64,000 bases of DNA, taken from the NCBI GenBank assembly GCA_043719295.1, contig JAYSUD010000012.1, positions 26,790 to 90,789 on the forward strand, read 5' to 3'. Positions 49,099 to 58,493 of the stretch are shown one piece after another. The notes beneath the pieces are model-generated. The model worked only from the letters and a program-made list of their open reading frames with translations, had not been told where the DNA came from and did no database searches. Each line of letters starts with the position of its first letter. The stretch's first letter is position 1. The DNA comes from a bacterium. Its GTDB lineage: Bacteria; Patescibacteriota; Minisyncoccia; Phycocordibacterales; UBA918. Made by a program: the position numbers and the translations under genes.

Positions 49099-49770
49099 AT
49101 GACGAATAATGATGAATCGGTACAGTACCGTGATACAGTTTTTTGGCAAGAAATATTGGCCCACAAAAAGTACCTTATGGCAGAAGCTGTGACACTCACA
49201 CACGATGTTGATACAGCTAAGGATCTTGTACAGACCACGATGGTACATGCATTCAACCGAAAGAATGAGTTCTCGGTTGGAGCAAATGCAAGTGGATGGC
49301 TTTCGACAATCATGAGAAATCACTTTTACAGTGGTTGGAGAAAAATCCATTCAACAGCGGCCTACTTGCAATTCCAAAATATGCTGCAAGATACAGGTTG
49401 CAATACATTTATGGAGTACTACAACAAAGTCTGTCATGATTTTGAAATAGTTTTGTTCGCTCTAGCGGCTTTACCCTATCGTGAATGCTCTTCACTTATT
49501 ATGTGTCATTTTGGAGGTTATACTTATGAGGAAGTTGCCGAAGAAATGAGTCTGATAGTGGGTACTGCTAAAGCCTGTATCAACAGAGCAATCACTATTG
49601 TTGCTACTCAGATTTCAAACGGTGACATTGTTATCTGTGACATCAACCTGTGGATTAAGGAAAAAATTGTTTTCGCTCAGGGAGAAAAACAAATGCTTCT
49701 GGCTCAGTCGTACCAAGAGCTTTTGTCCTCATACAATGCAATTAGAACCCAGTCACTATCAATTGCATGA
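49099..49770 (+). CDS. ECF sigma factor (divergent)
   Basis: AKDLVQTT..F..GAN..GWLSTIMRN (region 2); LAALP..R..GYTYEEVA..GTAKACINRA (region 4); GGGAGG SD. Confidence 0.8.
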   Translation: MTNNDESVQYRDTVFWQEILAHKKYLMAEAVTLTHDVDTAKDLVQTTMVHAFNRKNEFSVGANASGWLSTIMRNHFYSGWRKIHSTAAYLQFQNMLQDTGCNTFMEYYNKVCHDFEIVLFALAALPYRECSSLIMCHFGGYTYEEVAEEMSLIVGTAKACINRAITIVATQISNGDIVICDINLWIKEKIVFAQGEKQMLLAQSYQELLSSYNAIRTQSLSIA

Positions 49771-49938
49771 AACTTGAAAAAAAGAAATGCCTATTTGAGA
49801 AGTAACGAGTTGACCAGGTAATCATTAGTCTTCAAGAAGGCAACTTGAACCAAGCATGTGCTTGGTTCTTTTTTATATTAGTGACGGTATAGCTTCAAAA
49901 AATAAAGTTGCTATTCATTTCCAAAAAAAATCCTTGGC

Positions 49939-51402
49939 TTAGCTTCCCTCTAAATACGTTTTTGCGAGAGATTCGTATGAAGCTTTTTTATCTGGGTCCA
50001 TTTTCGCAAGAAGTCTTGGCATCATTGATAGACGGTGATTTTTTAAGAAAAAGATTTGATGGGTTGCAATAAAATTCCAATACAAAGCTGTCCAAACTTC
50101 TTCCCATTCCCCTTTAGGGTACGACGACATTTTTTTAATATAATTACTTCCTGAGATGTATGGTTTAGTAGCAAACAGTCCCCCATCGGCAAATTGACTC
50201 ATACCATATACATTGGGGACCATTACCCAGTCATATGCATCAACGTACATGGCCATAAACCATGTATACACTTCGTTTGGGTCAATTTGTGAAAGGAGCA
50301 TGACATTTCCAAGTACCATCAGTCGTTCAATATGGTGATTGTACCCATAGGCAAGAGCACTTTTAATTGCCGTATCAACAGGAAGTAATCCTGTCTTTCC
50401 TGTCCAAAACTTTTTTGGTAAAGGTTTTGTATGATTCCAAAAATTCTTCGTGCGCATTGTATTCCCATCACACTCGTAAGAAGCTCTAATGAACTCGCGC
50501 CATCCAAGAATCTGTCGAATAAAACCTTCAAGAGAATTAAACGGAATTTTATGAAGCTTGGCATATGCAATTGTTTCATCAATAACATACTGTGGGGTAA
50601 GTAAGCCAATATTGAGTAACGGCGAAAGTGCTGAATGGAATAAGAGCGTGTGTGACGTTGAGAGTGCATCCTCATAGGTTCCGAAATTTTGAAATCGCTC
50701 GGTAAGAAAGGTTTTAAACCAAACTACAGATGCTTCGTGTGTATAGGGTAACCACTGTGTTACTTCACCATACATTTCTCCAGAAAGTGTACTAAGCCAT
50801 TTTTTTGCATCACGTACTTCATCATTCTCAAGTGAACAAGGGTCCGATGGCAGGACAATATCTTTTGGTAACTTTTGTCGATTTTCAGCATCAAAACTCC
50901 ACTGTCCTCCTATGGGTTCTTTAGTTTTCGTGACTAAAATATTTTTATCAACCCGAAGTTTTTGATAGAACTTGGTGAGATATTTTTTTGAAGCTTTGTA
51001 GCGTTCAACAGATTCTGCTTTAGGTAAAAGAAAAAGTCCCGACTCGTACCAATGCATAGTGATGCCCTCCTTTGCACAGTTTTCTTGTATACGTTTATAA
51101 AGCCAATAATCGGTAACATCAGCTATGTGCACTGACGTTATTTTGTTTTTAGTAAGTTGTTTAAAAACACCTGCGGTTGATGTAACTTTAGTAACTTCTA
51201 GATACGTCACGTTGTATCCAGCTTTTTTGAGGCTTTTACAATACGCCTGCATTGAGAGCCTGTGGAGCAGCAACTTTTGTCGATGCATAGGAAATTCAAC
51301 AAAAAACAAAGGTTCTTCTACGAGATAGACAGGACGATCTGTAGTAAGCGCTTGGTGTGCAGTATACAGTTGATGCGGATAGATAAGGGTAGCTTCTTTC
51401 AT
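49939..51402 (-). CDS. Cryptochrome/photolyase-related protein (bacterial (6-4) photolyase-like, no Fe-S cysteines)
   Basis: GGQWSFDAENR, FHSALSPLLNIGLL, EGFIRQILGWREF, HHIERLM, DAYDWVMVPN, TKPY. Confidence 0.88.
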   Translation of the reverse strand: MKEATLIYPHQLYTAHQALTTDRPVYLVEEPLFFVEFPMHRQKLLLHRLSMQAYCKSLKKAGYNVTYLEVTKVTSTAGVFKQLTKNKITSVHIADVTDYWLYKRIQENCAKEGITMHWYESGLFLLPKAESVERYKASKKYLTKFYQKLRVDKNILVTKTKEPIGGQWSFDAENRQKLPKDIVLPSDPCSLENDEVRDAKKWLSTLSGEMYGEVTQWLPYTHEASVVWFKTFLTERFQNFGTYEDALSTSHTLLFHSALSPLLNIGLLTPQYVIDETIAYAKLHKIPFNSLEGFIRQILGWREFIRASYECDGNTMRTKNFWNHTKPLPKKFWTGKTGLLPVDTAIKSALAYGYNHHIERLMVLGNVMLLSQIDPNEVYTWFMAMYVDAYDWVMVPNVYGMSQFADGGLFATKPYISGSNYIKKMSSYPKGEWEEVWTALYWNFIATHQIFFLKNHRLSMMPRLLAKMDPDKKASYESLAKTYLEGS

Positions 51403-51555
51403 GTGCTTGAGTATACTATTATTTCATGAAGATAAAAGAATCCAAAATATGTCCTTTCTGCAAGCGTTCGTTTGATAATCGTAAGCGATGGTCATCGCGA
51501 GGTATTTGGAGCGAAATTGTCTACTGTTCTGACCGTTGTCGAAAAAAAACTACTC

Positions 51556-52644
51556 ATGAATCCTAATTTGTCGTACGAAGAAATCATAAAGCTTGTCGAC
51601 GCATTTGACGTGCGTTCCTATGCAAAGACACGTAACCACCTTGAAGGTACCGTTTCTTTCCTGTCGCCATACGTTACCCATGGAGTGATTGATCTACCAA
51701 CTATCAGAAACCATGTTCTTCAAAAATATTCCCCAAAAGAGGCAGAGAAGTTTATTCAAGAGCTCGCTTGGCGTGAATATTTCCAAAAAGTTTGGTATGC
51801 AAAAAAAGATGCAATTTTTTCTGACCTTCGATTTCCACGTACCCATTGGGAACACCAGGAACTAGTAACATCAATTGTTGAAGCACAAACAGGTATAGAA
51901 TCCATTGATGCCGAATTAGCCACACTCTATCAAACTGGCTATATGCACAATCATGCGCGTATGTGGACTGCCATGCTTGCGTGTAATGTTGCTAAAGCTC
52001 ACTGGTACAATATGGGACGTTTTCTCTATTATCACTTGCTTGATGGTGACCTCGCCTCTAACTTTCTTTCCTGGCAGTGGGTTTCGGGAACAAGCGCAAG
52101 CAAAGAGTACGTAGCAAATCAAAGTCTTATAAATGGTTGTTCAAAAGAACAACAGCGCGACACGTACCTTTCTATTCCAATTGAACAAATTGGTATTGGG
52201 GTAATTCCGTCTGTACTTACTCCGTACTCACCGTTTACTGCTACAACAAAATATCCAGAAAGTGATGTCATTTTGAATCTTAAGGGTGAAAAAGTATTTT
52301 TATACCATCCTTGGAGTATTGATCCGTTATGGCGAAAAAATGAACCTGGTGTCCGTATACTCGTAATTGAGCCAAAATGGTTTGACCGTTTCCCGGTCTC
52401 TCCAAAGGTTCTCGACTTTATTATTTCTCTTGCACACACACATATTCCTCATTGCAAAATCTTTGTAGGAAATGTTGAGATGCTTACAGATTTAGAACAT
52501 GCAACTGAAGTCTACAGTAAACGCTACCCTGCAACTCTCCATTGGCCAGGAACAATCGATTCCTCAACTGAACTGTTTCCATCTGTACAAGGATATTTCC
52601 CAAGCTTCTTCAAGTTCTGGCAAGAGTGCCTCAAGAAAAACTAG
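51556..52644 (+). CDS. Short photolyase with an N-terminal FAD domain (NewPHL-like)
   Basis: YAKTRN..VSFLSPYVTHG, QELAWREY, GYMHNHARMW, LLDGDLASNFLSWQW. Confidence 0.85.
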   Translation: MNPNLSYEEIIKLVDAFDVRSYAKTRNHLEGTVSFLSPYVTHGVIDLPTIRNHVLQKYSPKEAEKFIQELAWREYFQKVWYAKKDAIFSDLRFPRTHWEHQELVTSIVEAQTGIESIDAELATLYQTGYMHNHARMWTAMLACNVAKAHWYNMGRFLYYHLLDGDLASNFLSWQWVSGTSASKEYVANQSLINGCSKEQQRDTYLSIPIEQIGIGVIPSVLTPYSPFTATTKYPESDVILNLKGEKVFLYHPWSIDPLWRKNEPGVRILVIEPKWFDRFPVSPKVLDFIISLAHTHIPHCKIFVGNVEMLTDLEHATEVYSKRYPATLHWPGTIDSSTELFPSVQGYFPSFFKFWQECLKKN

Positions 52645-52877
52645 TATTTCACACGTGCAGACGAGAGAATTTTAAGAGATTCATGTTTCCCTTCTCTTCC
52701 GTGCACTCTTTTTCGCCAACGAATAAATGTCTTTTCTGTTTGATGTGCACGCATGAGTTTTTTTACTTCACCTTCATTTAAACCATACTCACGCATAATA
52801 ACTTCAAAAGGAATGGTGTCTGCCCACGCCATCAAAATAATCTGTTCGATATCAATTAAACTGAGTTCTTTTTTCAT
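52641..52877 (-). CDS. DUF2805/TIGR03643-family protein
   Basis: MAWADTIPFE.I...GL.E.EV..LMR..WRKRV; next to the photolyases. Confidence 0.8.
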   Translation of the reverse strand: MKKELSLIDIEQIILMAWADTIPFEVIMREYGLNEGEVKKLMRAHQTEKTFIRWRKRVHGREGKHESLKILSSARVKY

Positions 52878-52956
52878 ACACTATTTCGGATAGATTGGAT
52901 ATGTATAGAGTATATATCGTAGTGCTACTAAGTGGAAAGCAAAAAATTTAAAAAAG

Positions 52957-53697
52957 TTAGTATTCACCAAAGGGATAAAAGTGTGTATCTTTATTTGTTA
53001 TTTTTCCTTGAGTTAAAAGTTGTGCCATTATCAGTGGATGTTTGAAAATCCACAAATAACCATATTTTTGGTATCTACGTGTAGATACTTTAATGGGGAC
53101 GCTGAAGATTTTGGACTTTCCTTTCTTTGAAGCACGTTTTGAATAATCTACATCTTCACTGATACGGAGACTTTCATCAAAACCTCCAATGCCATTAAAG
53201 ACTTTTTTTGTTGTGAGCATATAGGCACCACCAAAGTAATACCTCCTGGCTTGAGCAAGTATTTTTTGTACAGCATACGCAACACGGTGTAAGAGTATGG
53301 AGCGTATTGTTTTTTCAAGTGGAACAATTTTTGAAGTAGCTACAGCATATTCATTTTTAAAAAACTCAGAAACTATATACTCATGCTCTAAAGCAGAGGG
53401 TGCGATGATATCGGCATCGCAAAATAATAAAATTTCATTTGTGGCGTAAGTCACTCCTATATTTCTTTGTAAACCAATTCCCTTTTTCTGTACTGAGATA
53501 AACTGTAGTCTTGTGTCTCCTGAAAAAAGTTGTTTTGCTCTTTCTACAGCTTTTGCAGTACCATCAGTTGATCCGCCATCAACAACAATAATTTCAAGTG
53601 GGGAGTTAATTTTACTTAGCGACTTAAGGAGTATCGGCAAATACCTCTCTTCGTTTAGAGTTGGAATAATAACACTTACCGATGGTATCTTTTTCAT
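52957..53697 (-). CDS. GT2 glycosyltransferase
   Basis: SVIIPTLNEE, VVDGGSTD, FCDAD, GGFDE..SED. Confidence 0.9.
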   Translation of the reverse strand: MKKIPSVSVIIPTLNEERYLPILLKSLSKINSPLEIIVVDGGSTDGTAKAVERAKQLFSGDTRLQFISVQKKGIGLQRNIGVTYATNEILLFCDADIIAPSALEHEYIVSEFFKNEYAVATSKIVPLEKTIRSILLHRVAYAVQKILAQARRYYFGGAYMLTTKKVFNGIGGFDESLRISEDVDYSKRASKKGKSKIFSVPIKVSTRRYQKYGYLWIFKHPLIMAQLLTQGKITNKDTHFYPFGEY

Positions 53698-53781
53698 CAA
53701 GCTTAATGGTACCTCACAGAGACACTTTGTATACCAAAACTGACACAATCTGTACGTCCCTCTCTGATATACTTCTCCACT

Positions 53782-54780
53782 ATGAAATCAAAAACATTTG
53801 GACACTATTTTTTATGGCCGACTATAACTGCACTTATTCTCTTTTTTGCTGTCTGGTATCAAGCTGGTGTATCTGCATTTTTTTTAGTTATTATCCTTTC
53901 AATTCTTGAAGTAACTTTGTCATTTGACAATGCTGTAGTAAACGCACGTATTTTAAAAAAGATGACTCCCCTATGGCAACAGCGTTTCCTTACCTGGGGT
54001 ATTTTACTCGCTGTTTTTGGAACAAGGTTTCTACTTCCAATTATTATTGTCAGTGTCGCAGTACTTGCCTCACCCATGTACATCACTAAACTTGCATTTT
54101 CTGATCCACTGGCATACAGCCACCTACTTGAGGGTGTACACGGTTCAATTACCGCTTTTGGAGGAATGTTTCTCTTAATGGTTTCACTAAAATATTTTTT
54201 TGATAAAGGAAAAGATTTCCACTGGATACAAAGTATTGAACGGCACTTAGTTAAGTGGGGGCATATTGAGGCAATTGAAATAGCACTGGCACTACTTTTA
54301 CTTATTCTCGTTTCCTTTATGACCACCTATGCACAAGCGGAAATTTTAGTTGCAGGTCTTATTGGGCTTCTTCTCTTTATCATCATGGAGGGGGTTGCCG
54401 GATCACTCTCTATTGAGTCAGAACAGATTACAGGTGCGGGACTTACATTGTTCATTTACCTCAATATCCTTGATTCTGCATTTTCACTTGATGGTGTTAT
54501 CGGTGCATTTGCACTGACAACCAACCTCCTTATCATTATGGTTGGTTTAGGTATTGGTGCCTATTTTGTGCGTTCGATGACCATCTATTTTGTGCGAGAA
54601 AATACACTTGCTGAACTTGTATACCTTGAACATGGTGCTCATTGGGCAATTTTTGGACTGTCTATTGCTATGCTCCTGAATCTTGTGGTGCATATACCTG
54701 AAACGATTACAGGCCTAATAGGGTTAGTATTTGTGCTCTTTGCGTACGTTTCGTCACGTCGTGCACGACATAAAAACTAA
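53782..54780 (+). CDS. DUF475 (TerC-like) membrane protein
   Basis: LEVTLSFDNAVVNA, LDSAFSLDGVIGAFA, YLEHGAHWAI. Confidence 0.9.
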   Translation: MKSKTFGHYFLWPTITALILFFAVWYQAGVSAFFLVIILSILEVTLSFDNAVVNARILKKMTPLWQQRFLTWGILLAVFGTRFLLPIIIVSVAVLASPMYITKLAFSDPLAYSHLLEGVHGSITAFGGMFLLMVSLKYFFDKGKDFHWIQSIERHLVKWGHIEAIEIALALLLLILVSFMTTYAQAEILVAGLIGLLLFIIMEGVAGSLSIESEQITGAGLTLFIYLNILDSAFSLDGVIGAFALTTNLLIIMVGLGIGAYFVRSMTIYFVRENTLAELVYLEHGAHWAIFGLSIAMLLNLVVHIPETITGLIGLVFVLFAYVSSRRARHKN

Positions 54781-54822
54781 TCACCCCTACTCAAATACAC
54801 ACTTCAGTGATATGCTTTTTTT

Positions 54823-55437
54823 ATGAAATACGTAAAAATGACATACATTGTCCCATTGCTGCTTGGACTCATTATCGGCTCACTTGCAACTTTTTCAGCT
54901 AGCACGCTTTCTGTACCCACCGATGAAGACCGAATTGCTGAATTCTATAAGACTGAAACTGCAGTGCATGTGAGCCCGCACTCACTTCGTAAGCATATGG
55001 CTAAAGGAGAAATGGACGAATTTATACTTGTTGATCTTCGAAGTAGTGAGGAGTATGAAAAAGAACACATCATTTCTGCCATCAATATTCCTACATACTC
55101 TGACGCAAACACTTCAGCATATGGAGACGTTGAGCGAATCGTTGAAGCTTTTGAAGTGCTCATAAGAGAGAACCCGTCAAAAGATATTATCGTCTATTGT
55201 TACAGTACTCCTTGCATGACGGGACGTAAGATTGGAAATCTACTTGTTGAACATGACATTTACGTACAGCATCTCGGCATCGGATGGAATGAATGGCGGT
55301 ATGACTGGAACATGTGGAATCATGATGGTGAACTACCAAGTGTGGTTGAAGATTATGTCTTTAGTGGAAAGGAACCAGGTGTACCAAAGAAACAAGAACT
55401 CATCTCTCCTTGTAGTGAAGGAAGTTTGAGTTGCTAA
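54823..55437 (+). CDS. Exported rhodanese-like protein
   Basis: LVDLRS.EEYEKEHI.SAINIP, IVYCY, L.IGWNEW. Confidence 0.85.
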   Translation: MKYVKMTYIVPLLLGLIIGSLATFSASTLSVPTDEDRIAEFYKTETAVHVSPHSLRKHMAKGEMDEFILVDLRSSEEYEKEHIISAINIPTYSDANTSAYGDVERIVEAFEVLIRENPSKDIIVYCYSTPCMTGRKIGNLLVEHDIYVQHLGIGWNEWRYDWNMWNHDGELPSVVEDYVFSGKEPGVPKKQELISPCSEGSLSC

Positions 55438-55458
55438 ATTATACTTTTGTACTTTATA

Positions 55459-55490
55459 CAAAAAATCCCCCAAGTCTTGGGGGATTTTTT
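55459..55490. terminator. Bidirectional terminator
   Basis: AAAAAATCCCCCAAG-T-CTTGGGGGATTTTTT. Confidence 0.7.
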
Positions 55491-55506
55491 ATGTATAGGT
55501 GTCTAC

Positions 55507-56649
55507 CTAATTTGTACATGAACCTTGTGTATATGAATCTACATTACCTTGTCCACATGCAGTACATCCATTACTAAACGTCTCAGGTATCGGGGGACAG
55601 GGGGCTTTAATACATTGCACGACAACTTGCCCACATACCGGTGCATACTCTTTTGTGCATGCTTGCATCTTTTTCTCTATAGGGGTACAGATGTGTTCTT
55701 TTGGATTTGTAGAGATGGTTGGGCATGGTGCAAAGGCACAACTTGGACCACTTCTCCCGACATAACTTCCATCAGGACACAATTTTGCATCCATCGTACA
55801 CATGACCATGTCATCACTAACTGGTGGCGTAGTATCAGTTGGAGATAGCGGCACTGGTAGTACTTCCTCATTCACCTCTTCTTCTTGCGGGTACAAAACC
55901 AAAGCTTCCATAATTTCAGTGAGTGTTCCCTCTTTAGTGAGATCAACATTTAGACGCACAGCAACATTTGAAAGGAGTGTATCTAATCCTCTATCAGTAA
56001 TTGCTTGTGCAGCACTATGGATAAGTTTGGAATCATCAGTTTTATGAACAAGCTTTCCGTCTTCAATTGTATAAAATCCGATACTTGCCTCTACCCCCTC
56101 AAAGTCAGTCACTGCTAAACCTTTAAAGGCCTTTAAAAACATTGATGGTTCAAATCCTTCAATGGGTACTCCTTGTGTGTTTTGTACTTCGGTTTTTAAG
56201 GTTGTTTTAAATGCGTACAACACAGAAAGAGGAATCTCCGTACTCACATCAAACGCAACCGGGTCAGCACTAAACGGAAGCAATCGACTTATAGCGTCTT
56301 TTGTCTCTACTATAGTTAAAGCTAGGGCAACAAGTACTGCACAAACCCATAGTGCCAAGATGAAAAATACTTGTCTTTTTGTTGCGTACTTTTTTTGAGT
56401 AAAAAGATGTGCCCCATACAGCACAAGTCCTACTAGTGGAAGTGCAATAGCAATAAAGATTGCATACATAACAACTATCCCTTCTGCGATCGAAAAGAGT
56501 ATTCTGAAGATATCGTACAAGGGTTGTAATCCTGGCCATTTTTCTGAGAAAAGTACTACCGTATAGAAAAAGAGTAAACCCGCAATGAGAAACGAACCTA
56601 TCGTCATAAGCACCAAACCAATACTTTTCTGTATATTCATATAATTCAT
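55507..56649 (-). CDS. Membrane protein with C-terminal Cys-rich modules (Kazal-like)
   Basis: Three TM helices; CTMDAKLCPDGSYVGRSGPSCAFAPCP; CTKEYAPVCG..TFSNGCTAC. Confidence 0.75.
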   Translation of the reverse strand: MNYMNIQKSIGLVLMTIGSFLIAGLLFFYTVVLFSEKWPGLQPLYDIFRILFSIAEGIVVMYAIFIAIALPLVGLVLYGAHLFTQKKYATKRQVFFILALWVCAVLVALALTIVETKDAISRLLPFSADPVAFDVSTEIPLSVLYAFKTTLKTEVQNTQGVPIEGFEPSMFLKAFKGLAVTDFEGVEASIGFYTIEDGKLVHKTDDSKLIHSAAQAITDRGLDTLLSNVAVRLNVDLTKEGTLTEIMEALVLYPQEEEVNEEVLPVPLSPTDTTPPVSDDMVMCTMDAKLCPDGSYVGRSGPSCAFAPCPTISTNPKEHICTPIEKKMQACTKEYAPVCGQVVVQCIKAPCPPIPETFSNGCTACGQGNVDSYTQGSCTN

Positions 56650-56733
56650 ACTAATACACCTATTCTAGCTTGAATTTGCGGAAGATGTAATAGGAACAGA
56701 AAGCTCACAAGCCCTTACTTTATTTCAGAGATT

Positions 56734-57165
56734 CTACTCAATATCTGACTGTACTTGTAATAACATCGCTTTTGCCCTGTCGTGCGACAGACGTTCAGAA
56801 GCCTCTCTAAAAGTAAACCACCCTGCTTCTTTAACTTCTTCTTCTTGAATGACAAAGTTCGCGTCAGTAATTATCCCAATATAGTAAAGAACTTTTTTAT
56901 GAATTATTGTCCCTTCATAGGGAAATGTATATTCTTGGGTATACACAACGTCAGTTTTAAGTTCTTTTGGTACCAAACCTGTTTCTTCAAATAATTCCCG
57001 CAAAGCCCCCTCTTCTTGTGTCTCCCCTACTTCAGGATGACCCTTAGGGAAGGTCCAATATATATCGTTAGCAAGACCGTGTTGATGAATTAGAAAAACT
57101 TTCCATTGAACTTGGTCTTTTAAAAGCGGAATGACTCCGAAAGAAATATCCTCTTTGTGTTCCAT
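56734..57165 (-). CDS. NUDIX hydrolase (Ap4A hydrolase-like)
   Basis: WTFPKGHPEVGETQEEGALRELFEETG. Confidence 0.9.
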   Translation of the reverse strand: MEHKEDISFGVIPLLKDQVQWKVFLIHQHGLANDIYWTFPKGHPEVGETQEEGALRELFEETGLVPKELKTDVVYTQEYTFPYEGTIIHKKVLYYIGIITDANFVIQEEEVKEAGWFTFREASERLSHDRAKAMLLQVQSDIE

Positions 57166-57200
57166 TAGTATGCAGTATACAGGTTAGAATAGTTTAGACT

Positions 57201-57565
57201 ATAGGACTCACATAAACGGCACACTTCTTCCATACAGGAACTGTTCAGGTTGTAAGATATTTCTACAAAATATCGACAACCTTTTAAACAATGACACTGC
57301 GTCATTGTTTAACGTTGTGCTACACAAAAATACTCCTCCTTACAGGAGCTGTACACCTTTCGCATAGACATGCTCAAGGTCTTGCGAAACTCCAAGTATT
57401 CGTTTCTCACACCGTACTATGCGTACGACTCGTCCTATTTTGTTTGCCTTTCTTACAGGAACTGTTCAGGTTGTATGATATTTTTCCAAAAAATCGACAA
57501 CCTCTTGAACAGTGACATCAAGTCACCGTTCAACCTTGAATTGCACTCGATTATGTGAGCCCTAT
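57201..57565 (-). repeat. Family A copy A7 interrupted by three family B modules
   Basis: A segments at 57201-57230, 57314-57338, ~57411-57450 and 57534-57565 are collinear with A1; B units at 57228-57281, 57336-57389 and 57449-57502. Confidence 0.85.
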
Positions 57566-57590
57566 GCAGCGTGAGTGATATACTTTGACT

Positions 57591-58313
57591 ATGAAAAAGA
57601 AGCGTCCAAAAATGCATCCGTTTGTAGATGCTCTTGAAAACCCAAAGTCAAAATACTTTGTCCTTTCAAACGACGTACTTGCACTCGCTACAGTAGTTTC
57701 AGTATTTGCTATTGTGCTTGAGACCGTGCCCTCACTCTCTTCGTATCACACTGTCTACATCACCATTGAATATATTGCGACCGTTCTGTTTACTCTAGAA
57801 TACAGCGCCCGTTTTATTGGTGCCAAGCATAAACTCAAGTATATTTTCAGTTTCTTTGGACTCATTGATCTTCTCGCAATTGCGCCTACATACCTTGGTT
57901 TTGGAAATTACACATTCTTAAAAACAGTTCGTTCATTACGCATCGTTCGGCTTCTTCGAATCATTCGACTCACCCGAATGTCTAAGCTTAAAAAGAAAGA
58001 AGGAACTTCTTCTCTGTACGCACTTAACATCCAAATATATGCAATTACCCTCGGTACTGCTGTGCTGATTCTTGGAACACTGTTTTACATCTTTGAGGGT
58101 GATTACTCTTATGCACAGGACATCCCTTCAGGTATGTATTGGGTATTTAAAGCAATTATCGGTGGGGTCTCTTACCCACAACCAATAACAACGGGGGGTA
58201 CGGTAGTACTTATCCTCGCACGCTTCTCAAGCATGATTCTCTTAGGACTTATGATGAGCCTCGTTGCAACTATGATGCGCAAAATATTAATTGGTTCAGA
58301 GAAGGATTCTTAG
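57591..58313 (+). CDS. Voltage-gated ion channel-like protein
   Basis: FTLEYSAR, IDLLAIAP, S4 RSLRIVRLLRIIRLTR; no TxGYG filter. Confidence 0.85.
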   Translation: MKKKRPKMHPFVDALENPKSKYFVLSNDVLALATVVSVFAIVLETVPSLSSYHTVYITIEYIATVLFTLEYSARFIGAKHKLKYIFSFFGLIDLLAIAPTYLGFGNYTFLKTVRSLRIVRLLRIIRLTRMSKLKKKEGTSSLYALNIQIYAITLGTAVLILGTLFYIFEGDYSYAQDIPSGMYWVFKAIIGGVSYPQPITTGGTVVLILARFSSMILLGLMMSLVATMMRKILIGSEKDS

Positions 58314-58493
58314 AAAACAACAATCACATCCGTACAGATGCGATTGTTATTTTTGTGCCCCTAGTCGGTACCGAAAAAATACCCAGAAAGCCCCACAAGG
58401 GTTTCCGAGTGACTCAGGTCGCTCTTTCTTGACCCCTCTTGGTAGTGTATAGATTTCCTCAATTAGCATATTTAGAATGGTATTATTAATAGG

